The position numbers and the translations under genes were made by a program. Positions 53,510 through 64,000 of a DNA stretch of 64,000 nucleotides are shown here, in pieces; position 1 is the stretch's first letter; every line of letters starts with the position of its first letter. The notes under the pieces are model-generated. The model made no database searches, was not told the DNA's origin, and was given only the letters and a program-made list of their open reading frames with translations. The DNA comes from Octopus vulgaris (lineage: Eukaryota): the NCBI GenBank assembly GCA_951406725.2, contig OX597829.1, positions 52,638,001-52,702,000 of the forward strand, in the 5' to 3' direction.

Positions 53510-56500
53510 GTAATTATATATTATATATATGTGTTGAAAAAAACAAAAAAAAAAGTTTTGCTTTTATTATAATCATTGCTTTAATGTTTGTTTTTTTTCT
53601 TTCTTTCTGTGCATGGCTTAGTGGTGAGAGTGTTAGATATAAGATCTTGAGTTCAATTCCTGGACCAGGTGGTGCATTCTGTCCTTCAGCATAACACTTA
53701 CTTCACATTCTTCAAGTTTAGTCAGCTGTGAGTAACCCTGCAAAGGATTGGTGTCCCATCCAGGGGGAATGTTGTGATCTGTCACTAATACGCTGTGGAA
53801 ACCAGATAACTGATCTTTTGAGTCCCAGTAGTCAAGACAGTGATGATGATGATGATGATGATGATATAGGTTTGATTGGTCTGTAATACAGAATTCTTCC
53901 TCGTATCAGAAATTGTTATTTTGTCTGCAAAGTCCAATCTTCACCAATCTTTAGTGTCATTTTGCAGCTCTTCCTTGATTTATTTCTACCTGTAAACATC
54001 TTTAATCCTTTAGCATTTAAACCAGCCATATCTGGCCAAAATATTCTGTCTCTGTTTTATGTCCAAACTGGTATGGTCCAGCCTCTCACACCTACCCTAC
54101 AAGGTCATTCCAAAAATAAACAAATTATTGAAATCTGGAAGAGATGAGAATTTGACAGTAAATTGAATGCTAAAGGGTTGATCACACAGCATGTATGGTC
54201 CATAAATTGTGTGTGTTTTAAAAGAAATTTACCATGTAAATTAGAAGTGAATTCAAGTGTTCCACAGAATACTTAAGAAGAAAATGGTTTGAATGCCAGA
54301 AAAGAGTAATTAGTTGAAAATATCTTGATATTGCTTCAACTGCAGGAATTTGCTCAGATGCTTGCTTTGTAACTATGTGACTTTGGTTTCAGTCCCACAG
54401 TGTGGCGCCTTGGGCAAGTGTCTTCCACTGTAGCCCTGAGCTGATCAATGCCTTTTGAGTAAATTTGGTAGACAGAAATGGTGTGGAAGCCTGTTTTGTG
54501 TGTCTGTGTGTGTATCCTTCCCAATTCCACTTTGCAATCGGCAATGGTTTGTTAACATCACCGTAACTTAGTGGTTTGGCAAAAGGCAGCCAATAGAATA
54601 AGTACAAGACTTAAAATAAGTACTGGGTTCAATTTGTTTGATTAAACCCCTTCAAGTAAATCCAATATGGCCACAGTCCAGTGACTGAACTGACTAAAAG
54701 ATAAAAGATATATGTTTGAGAGAATGTGATGCTCTATAATAGTTAAATGAGGAAGCCATTATATTCTTTTCTACTCTAGGCACAAGGCCCAGAATTTTTG
54801 GGGAGGGTGAGGCAGTCGATTAGATTGACCCCAGTACACAACTGGTACTTAATTTATTGACCTTGAAAGAATGAAAGGCAAAGTCGACCTTGATGGAATT
54901 TGAACTCAGAATGTAAAGACAGACGAAATACTGCTAAGCATTTCGCTCAGTGTGCTAACATTTCTGCCAGCTCACCACCTTAAGAAAGCCGTTATATTGC
55001 TTGTATTTATTCACACATGATAGCCACAAACCTCATATTGCAAAAGAAAATAGTCTCAGCTTGATATGTAATCTCACACATCCTATTTATAAGTTGTCTT
55101 TCCTCTACTTCTTACATGAATTCTAAAATGGGTTCTATTCTTCTCTGATTGCTTGCTCTATGCTTTTTGATGTAGTTCCTTGTTTACTTCAACTACAAAA
55201 ATTCCAGTTCTCTCTCGGATTATTGCCCTGAGTGGTTGTCCTTGTTACTCAGATATTAACCCTTTTGTTACTGTATTTCAGTTGAGATACTCTGTGTTTC
55301 TCCCAATTTTAAATATAACAAAGAATTTAGTAAAATAACTTAGTTATCATTAAGCTAGTGTTAGGAATATAAATTGTGACTAAGGTTTGGTGGAAGATTT
55401 TAATTCAAAACCAGACATTTGTAGTACAGGGCCAGAGCTGGTTTCAGCCAGGTTGGTAATGAAAGGGCTGAAGGTGTATAGGTTTGGATAAGTTTCTATG
55501 CCATAGGATGACATTGACATTCCTGGTAATGTATCAGCCAGGGCTATGGGATCTTTTTGCCAGCTATTTTGGTGCTGTCTGTTTGGTGTCTTTGATTCAA
55601 TATCAAGTTATTTGCCATTAGACATTTCAATATTTTTCTCTCTTTTGTTCTCTCTCTCTGTTTATGTGTGTGTGCACATCTAGTTACGTTAGTATGTATA
55701 TGTGTGTTTATTGTTTCTCTCTGTATGTGTGTACGTTTACCTCTTGTGTCAAAGCATTTCTGCTGTTGAAACAGTTTGAATGTCCAGTCCCTCATACCAA
55801 ATCTTTAGTATCCGAACAGCTGCACCCAAGCACCTCTCTTCAATCTCAAAATCTCGGATTCCTCCTGGTAAATGAATTTAGCCAAACTTATGAATATCAC
55901 TAAATAATTTTTGTCCGTTTAATCTGACTTTGGTTTTTTTTTTTTGGTTTTTTTTTTTTGGTGTGAATTGTAATTAATTACCTACTTGCTAATCTACATC
56001 TATTTCAATTAAGCATGGACTGTGTCTCATTGATCCTTTTGTGTAACAACAACTTCTAAGGATATAATAAGGAAAAGAAAAAAAGAAACGTGAATGCTAT
56101 TCTTCTCTTCAGGTCAATGAAGAAGAAAATATATAAAGTAGAAAAATAAAAATAAAATGAATAGTAAGTGAGCCGAAACACTGGAAGTGAATTACTGTGG
56201 TTGTTTATCTATTGATTTGGACAATGTGTTTTACAGAACTGCCTCCTTGGCTAACATAAGCAGAGGGAGCAAAAGAGAGAAAAAAAAGAAAGAGTGTGTG
56301 TGTGTGTGTGTGTGTGGTGGTCAAAGAGAGTTATGCACACAAGTGTGTATGCATGTTGTTTGATGTTGCCAATGTGTGAGATAATGCAGATGTTATGGAC
56401 ATTTGGTAAGAATGGATAATTAGGGATCTGGTGAAGCTATGAGTTTACATGTGTGTCTGACAGAGAAGAAGGTGAGAAAAAAAAAAAAGGGAGGATGTTA

Positions 56501-56563
56501 GCTAAGATGAATAGATAGAAAGATAGATCTCGGAGGGGTTTTATGATTAGTGGTGAGGATAGT

Positions 56564-56594
<31 letters not shown>

Positions 56595-56995
56595 AGTGAG
56601 ACAAATGATTAAGGCAGCTTGGCAGCAAAACAATGTTTCACAGCTATTGGAACTATGACAGCTTGTAAAAACAGATGCTAAAACATATGATGACTATCAA
56701 ATAGATTTTATCAAACTTTCAGAAAGAAAAAAAAAAGTTTAAAGTTTTGCTTTGTTCTGTTTACTGGGTTTTTTGTTTTTTTCCTTTTAAGAACAAATTT
56801 TTCTGGTATGTTATTTACTCAGTTATATGGTGTGTAGGGTTATGGAGGAAAGGAAGGAAAAAAAAATGTAAAAACCTGTATTTCCTGAAGTAGCATTCTT
56901 CACCAAGAATTATATCATATTTATTTTGAAAAGATTAAGGCAGGTTATTCCAGTTTACTTTTAACATTTTATTTTTAAGTTAAATAGAGAAAAAC

Positions 56996-57066
<71 letters not shown>

Positions 57067-57074
57067 TAAGAAGA

Positions 57075-58580
57075 AAAGATTGGTAGAATTTTTAGCACAC
57101 TGAGTGGCATTTTGTCTGCCTTTATGTTCTGAGTTCAAATTCCATCGATGTCAGCTTTGACTTTCCGTTCCCAAAATTGCTGACCTTGTGCCAAAAGCAG
57201 AAACCATTATTATGGCGGTGAGCCGGCAGAATCATTGGCACGCTGGGCAAAATTTTTAGTGGCATTTCATCTGTCGCTATATTCTGAGTTTAAATTCCAC
57301 TGAGGTTGACGTTCATCCTTTTGGGGTCAATAAATTTAGGTACCAGCTGAGTAATTTGGGGTTGATGTAATCAACGTAACCCTTCCCCCAAAAAACTTCA
57401 GGCCTTGTGCCTGTAGTAGAAAAGATCATTATTATTATTATTATTATTTAAGTGACAAGCTCACAAAATTGTTAGTGTTTTGGTGAAGATGCTTAGCAGA
57501 ATTTCTATTGGTTGATAAGTCTGAGTTCAAATTCTGCTGGGGCTGATTTTGTCATTTATCCTTTTGGGGTTGATAAAATAAGTACCAGTTGAACACCAGG
57601 GTTGGTATAATCAACTTTTATACTCCCCACGAAATTGCTGGCCTTGTGCCTGTAGTATAAAGGATTATTATTATCAGTGGTATTTTGTCTGCCACTATGT
57701 TGGCAAATTCTGCTGAGGTCAACTTTGCTTTTCATCCTGTCAGGGTAAATGAAATAAGTACCAGTTATGCACTGGGGTTAATGTAATCAACTATCCCCCT
57801 CTCCTAAATTTCACACCTTGTGCTTATAGAAGAAAGGATTATTATTATTATTATGCATTATCTATTTTACAAACCTAGACAAGTAGAGTAGGCCAATGGA
57901 GATTTCAAATGTCTTCACTGGGAACATAATATAAACGAACTACTGACCACATATATGGTTGCACATCTGATATCCATCTGCCCAAGTAACTTGATCAGCT
58001 GTATGGTTGTGATGCATGTGCCTGGTGTACCCTTATCAGATGTGTAATCATGATGGGTATACTGGGCTTTATATATTTGTACCCCAGTGTCACTTTGATG
58101 GCATGCACTGCTCTCTCACTCAATGATAATAATGATATTAATGAAGATAATAATGGCTTCAAATTTAGGCACATGACCAGCAATTTTGGGGATAGGAGCA
58201 AGTTGATTACATCGACCCCAGTGTTCAACTGGTACTTAAGTTATCAATCCCAAAAGGACTAAAAGCAAAGTTGACCTTGGTGGAATTTGAACTCAGAACA
58301 TACAGATGGATGAGATGCCACTAAGTATTTTGCTCAGCATGCTAACAATTCCGCCAGCTTTCTGTATTGATAATAATAATCCTTTCTACTCTAGGCACAA
58401 GGCATGACATTTGGTGGAGGGGGATAGTCAATTATATTGACTCCAGTACTCAGCTGGTACTTATTTTAGCAACCCCAAAAGACTAAAAGGCAAAGTTGAC
58501 CTCGGTGGAATTTGAACTCAGAACATAAAGCAAAATACCACTAAGCATTTTACTCGGCATGCTAACAACTCTGCCATTTC
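57075..58580. mobile_element. Cluster of six family B SINEs separated by (ATT)n
   Basis: Four plus-strand copies (~57075, 57214, 57450, 57676) followed by two minus-strand copies (~58158-58360, 58380-58580). Confidence 0.8.
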
Positions 58581-59555
58581 ACTTTGATAATAATAATAAT
58601 AATAATGATGATGATGATGATGATGATTAATTGCCATGGTCTATTTATTTCTAGTTTCAATACATGACCTCAGATCAATTTATGCAGCAAATAAGTTAAA
58701 CTGAGGAATAAAAATGTTTTAATATTCCTTGGTTTCATTCACAGCTGTTTCTAGAATGTGTATGCATATTTGATTGGTTTGAATCAATATATCATACCAC
58801 TGTGATTGTTCTATTGATCCCAGAAAATTTCAAATTCCAAACTGTATTGAATTAAACGATGTTTTTCAGTACCAAATTAAACGGGGGAAACATTAATCCA
58901 CAGTCAATCTGTACGAACTTCCATCAATACTGGGTGATTAAAAGAGTATCTCGCCTGCTTTAGAGATGAGTCACTTTAATTAATTAACTACTGAGGGTAA
59001 TTAACGGACTGTTAGTCACTTATTTTCTTTCTGATAGAAGTGAAATGAAATGCTAAAAGCTGTGAGCAATTAATGAAAGGGAGAAATGTAGTTGTGAGTG
59101 GAAAGAGAAGATGAGGGGAGTTTAAAGATAATTGAAAGATAAAGAATATAAAAAAAAAAGTTCATGGCATTTGTTATCAGGTCATCTGAAATCCTACCAA
59201 TCAATGACTATATTTTTGTAACATATGACCTGCTGCAGCAGTTGGTTTTTAGAAAGGTTGTTCACAGCAGTCCAGTTATATATGATTTTAGTATTGTGTG
59301 TGTGTGCATGCGTATGTGTGTGATATTATCATCATTATTGTTTAACATCTGCTTTCCATGCTGGCATGGGTTGGATGGTTTGACTGAGGACTGTCAAGCC
59401 AGTGGGCTGCACCAGGCTCCAATCTGATCTGGCAATGTTTCTACAGTTGGATGCTCTTTCTAATGTCAACCACTATGAGAGTGTAGTGGGTGCTTTTTTA
59501 CATGCCACTGGCACGGGAGCCAGTCAGGGGCACTGGCTTTGACCACGTTCAGATG

Positions 59556-59616
<61 letters not shown>

Positions 59617-59923
59617 TATTCCTTTTGTACAGTTACCTGTCTTAGTGCTTATTCTCTGTCCATTTCCTAGAATATAAAGTCTTTGACAGAGGTGTCAAAC
59701 ACACACCACAAACATTTTGGGTCCTCTCCCTCTCCTTTCAGATTTTAATTTTGCCAAAAGAGAAAGAAACGGTTCAAATTGTTTTTTTAATGCGGATGGA
59801 GAGTGGGAGAGAGAAATGAAATTTTGAATTTCTTTCAAACCAAAATTTTGTTATCAGTTGCTATCCTCTATTTTCATCTCATAATTAAATCATCAAAGTC
59901 TTGTCAGTAACCAAAGCAAACCT

Positions 59924-60152
59924 TTAACCCTTTAGTGTTCACATTATTCTGCCAAAATTAATGCTTCTTTATCCTCATTGTTTTGAACTAATCATGCATT
60001 ATGTTGTAGCTATGAGATTTTGATGAGGTCGCTGTTAATTTTTAAAACGATATTGTAGGGTTGGTGTGAGAGACCAGATCTGGCCAGTTTGAACGTAAAA
60101 CAGGCAGAATACTTTTGGCCGGATATGGCCGGTTTAAATGCTAAAGGGTTAA
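59924..60152. mobile_element. TTAA-flanked (piggyBac-like) MITE, family 1
   Basis: TTAACCCTTTAG...GCTAAAGGGTTAA; further copies at ~61813-62011, 54002-54180 (reverse) and 32140-32541. Confidence 0.75.
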
Positions 60153-61354
60153 ATAGCTTAAACCAGACACGGGCAACCATTTTTAATGAGAAACAGATCA
60201 CACAAGACTTGGATTATTATCAGGCAGGAGATACTATTAAAAAAAGATTTTAAGTAACTTTTCATTTAGGCATGCCATTCAGAAATTCATACTGATTGTA
60301 AGATTGCTCATCACTGGCTTAAAAACAGTACCAATAACTTTTTATGGGGCTCTTGAAGACATGTAGAAGAACAAGATGAGAAACTATGGCCCATCAAGCA
60401 TAGTTCACTGATGGGATTTGATACAGTCTCCTATCCAATTTTATTCCCAAGGCTTATGCTAGCTCAAGTTTATTGTAGACAGACTTCTGTGTAGTCTCCA
60501 TCTGCTCAAATTCACTTCCTCTTTGAAGAAGTATGTCAAATGTTGGTGTTGATTGAAGTTGCTGCACCCTCCTTCGAAAAGGTTTGGCCTTGAACTAATA
60601 TTAGAAAACATTAATATTACATTTATTTGCACTGTGTTGTCTCTTACGATTGTCATTAGATTCACTAGTGCATGACATTTTGTAGATTTATAATGTTAAT
60701 ATATTTTTGAAGAATAACAAGGCCACTTCATTTCGTAACATATAACAGTTTATATAAATTGTCTGTAGTCTATATTGTTATGAATATATAAAAGAAAGAA
60801 AAAAAAAATTAAATAAGAGGAATTGTGTAATAATTTGGTCAAGTATAGAGCTGATTTGTAAGGTTCTTTCATAATATAAAATAACCAAACAAGCACCTTT
60901 TCAAAATTACTATGGTAGAGTGACATCTTCCTTGTATAATAACAGCTACAGATGAAAGAAAGAAATTAAAAAAACAGATTAGGTGTTTTAAATTTGCTCA
61001 ACTGTAGACTTTTATTGGTAATGTGGTAAGATTATCTAACGGATCATTTTCTTTTTTTAATGCCTGTAGATGAAATAAATTGCCATTGCATGTGATTGGC
61101 GTCAGCTGTCTCAAATTAATGTTTTGCAATAAAAATGCTAATTTTTGAGGAGCCTTCCTTTTCAGTAGGGTTTTTTTTTTATCTTTGTTGTATTATTATC
61201 CTCATTCCTCCATCTGATATATCTAACCAATAGGTAAGATGTCACCGTTTCATCTTCATTTGTTTGTTTCATTGATAACATTTGTATCTATTCTGGTATC
61301 ACAGAACCAATCTGCACAGACTGAGAATTAGAAGGTAAATGATATCAGACACAA

Positions 61355-61575
61355 CGGCGAGCTGGCAGATTCGTTAGCACGCCGGGCGAAATGCTTCGCG
61401 GTATTTCGTCTACCGTTACGTTCTGAGTTCAAATTCCGCCGAGGTCGACTTTGCTTTTCATCCTTTCGAGGTCGATAAATTAAGTACTAGTTACGCACTG
61501 GGGTCGATATAATCGACTTAATCCCCTTGTTTGTCCCCTCTGTGTTTAGCCCCTTGTGGGTAGTAAAGAAATAGA
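61355..61575 (+). mobile_element. Family B SINE, young CpG-rich full-length copy
   Basis: GGCGAGCTGGCAGATTCGTTAGC...GTGGGTAGTAAAGAAATA with GATATCAGA on both flanks. Other copies at ~44435-44652 (+), 12300-12650 (-), 22800-22942 (+), 28310-28485 (-), 52190-52385 (-) and 54765-54982 (-). Confidence 0.85.
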
Positions 61576-62320
61576 TATCAGAAAACAACTAAAACTATGA
61601 TCCCCATACAATTCTATTTATGCTCAAATACATCACAACATATCTTAGACATTACTTTCCAACTATAGTCAGGAGTATAAAATACATATAAAAAATTCAA
61701 TGGATGGCTTTTCTGTAGAAACATTAGGTATGTGTCACAAAGGAATTTTTTGGAGGAAGCCTTTGTCAAGATTTGATCACTGATTGTTCAGCTTCATGTA
61801 ATGTTGAGCCTCTTAACCCATTAGACTTACTTTGTCAAAAGTAATGCCTATTTGTTCACATCTTGTAGCTTTGAGATTTCAATGATGTGAATGTTTTATT
61901 TTTATAATGACATTGTAGGGTCAGTGTGAAAGGCTGGATCTGTATAGTTTTAACATAATGTAGGTAGAACATTTGAGCCAGATATGGTTGGTTCATATGC
62001 TAATGGGTTAAAGTGCAAATCTAATATAATAAATGCTCATGCATAGAAAAATCAAAATGCCTATTGATGAACCTCTGTATGAGTACAAATCTTGTATATA
62101 AATATATCGTGCATACAAGGGGGGGGGGGTCGTATGAAGTTATGTCTATTTATCGCCCAAAGTGACACATCTGCACAATCAGATGCTCCTGAACTAGTTG
62201 CTAAGTATCCCATCCATGAGGGATCGATGCTAAATGTATGGAAACAATTGTAGTGATTAATAGAAATTTTCCTGTATATATTATATATATAAATACACAG
62301 ACATATACAATGTGCCTGTG

Positions 62321-62611
62321 AAGGTGCGTTGCTTAGTGGTTAGGGTATTGCACTCATGATTGCGAGATTGTGGGTTCGATTCACAGACCAGGTGTTGCAT
62401 TGTATTCTTGAGCAAAGCACTTAATTTCACATTGCTCTGCGATCATTTAGTCAGCTGGCATGTGGCACCCATACAGGTAATGGCGATCTGATGGAGGGAG
62501 TGAGCTTATGGGCAACACAAACATTTGATCACTATAAACAAATCACCTGTGAGGTTGTTCAGCAAGAAATTGTCGAAGCCTCATACATTGTCTAACGACA
62601 GGAGAGTCCAT
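62321..62611 (+). mobile_element. Family E tRNA-headed SINE
   Basis: GGTGCGTTGCTTAGTGGTTAGGG...GGGTTCGATTC head. Related heads at ~41748 (nested in family A) and ~53608. Confidence 0.65.
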
Positions 62612-62699
62612 CATATAATCATGAACTCTCCTGTTGTTAGACGATGTATAAGGGTTCAGCAATTTCTTGCTGAACAACCTCACAGGTGATTTGTTTATA
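62533..62699. repeat. 79-bp inverted repeat with 9-nt spacer
   Basis: Arms 62533-62611 and 62621-62699; the outer 40 bp are perfect and about 7 differences lie in the inner half. Confidence 0.95.
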
Positions 62700-62965
62700 T
62701 ATATATCATCATCATCATCGTTTAACGTCCGTTCTCCATGCTAGCATGGGTTGGACGGTTCGACTGGGGATCTGGGAAGCCAGAAGACTGCACCAGGCTC
62801 CAGTCTTATCTGGCAGTGTTTCTACAGCTGGATGCCCTTCCTAACGCCAACCACTCCGTGAGTGTAGTGGGTGGTTTTACGTGCCACCTGCACTGGTGCC
62901 AGGCAAGGCTGGCATTGGCCACGGTCGGATTGGTGCTTTTTACGTGCCATCGACATGGAGGCCAG

Positions 62966-63003
<38 letters not shown>

Positions 63004-64000
63004 GCAATGGAAATGGACACAAGCAAAGGATCTACATTGGGTATGAAGCAACTATGAACTAAATCACAGATTGGGATTGCATCCTTTCTCAGAGAAGTTA
63101 ATGAAAGATCAGATTGGGTGGGACTGATGTTCATTTGCATACTCATTGTTGTTTTATTGGGTACTTTTTCATGCTTGCATAGGTCAGATAAAATCTCTTT
63201 AGGCAGATTTTTCTATGGCTTGATGCCCTTCCTGTGGCCGGCCCTCATTAAATTATATTAAATTAGAGTGTTAATTGGTTTGTTTCATTACTATAATATA
63301 CCATAGTTAAAAAAAAAAATTTTTAGCCAATACTGCATGTTATGATGAATATACATATGTCTACTTACACGCAATATGTTTGTGAGCAAAAAAAAACCAA
63401 AAAAAACTCTATATGCTTCATATTTCAAACTGTCTGGCAGCTGTGTACATTCTTGAACCATCGACAAACACACTAGTTATAAATCTACTAGTATTAGCAA
63501 CTAAAGTGAACTGTATGGACAAATTTGCATATTGAATATTATCTTGGTAGCTAGTTCCAATGTAAGTAGTGTATATCTGCATAGATTAGGAAGGTACACA
63601 GCTGCTTCTGACACTCCAAAGTTGATATAGGTGACGTATGTGTGTGTTCCTTCTGTCCATGAGCATATTTTGTATAAAGATGTATTTGTTATAACATACT
63701 GTGATGGCTAAAAGAAAGAAAAAAAACTTGTGCTATGCAGTAAGAAGCTTTCTTCCTGACCACATGATTCCGGGTTCAGTCCCACTGCACAGCACCTTGG
63801 GCAAATGTCTTGTATTATAACTTCTGGTCGACCAAAGCCTTGTGAGTGGATTTGGTAGTCAGAAACTGAAAGAAGCCTGTCATATATGTATATATACTAG
63901 CAACTAAGTCTGGTATCACCCGGTCAGATTGGATGATGTGGCTGTAAAACCTGCTCTGCGTAAGCATTTGACTCGTTTGGACACACTTATGTTAAAAAAT

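Noticed and set aside
53510-53694. Extension of the 125-aa ORF beyond the exon
   Set aside because: It reads through intronic (TA)n, an A-run and a SINE head; the ORF's upstream part is also a polypyrimidine tract.

Overview
AT-rich, repeat-saturated animal genomic DNA, most likely an octopus (inferred from the tRNA-headed SINE families and dense CA/TA/ATT/GAT microsatellites). There is no prokaryotic gene organisation and no CRISPR array. Nearly all ORFs in the supplied track are artefacts of microsatellites or SINEs. Only one host coding exon is well supported: a 150-nt phase 1-1 exon at 53360-53509 (+) encoding TPLYGQPSWWGE, a motif I recognise from the CEP170/CEP170B family, so much of the window is probably very long intron. 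The rest is nested mobile DNA: about five SINE-like families, RTE and CR1-type LINE remnants, a deleted mariner, and Tigger/pogo-, hAT- and TTAA-type MITEs. The most interesting element is a complete minimal type I hammerhead ribozyme motif at 13259-13296 (+), in a Penelope-like inverted repeat. Its catalytic CUGACGA box is exactly the 7-nt loop of a competing 65-bp hairpin. Several other long fold-backs could be dsRNA/ADAR substrates. Repeat boundaries were read by eye and are approximate unless a TSD is quoted. Family labels A-E are mine.
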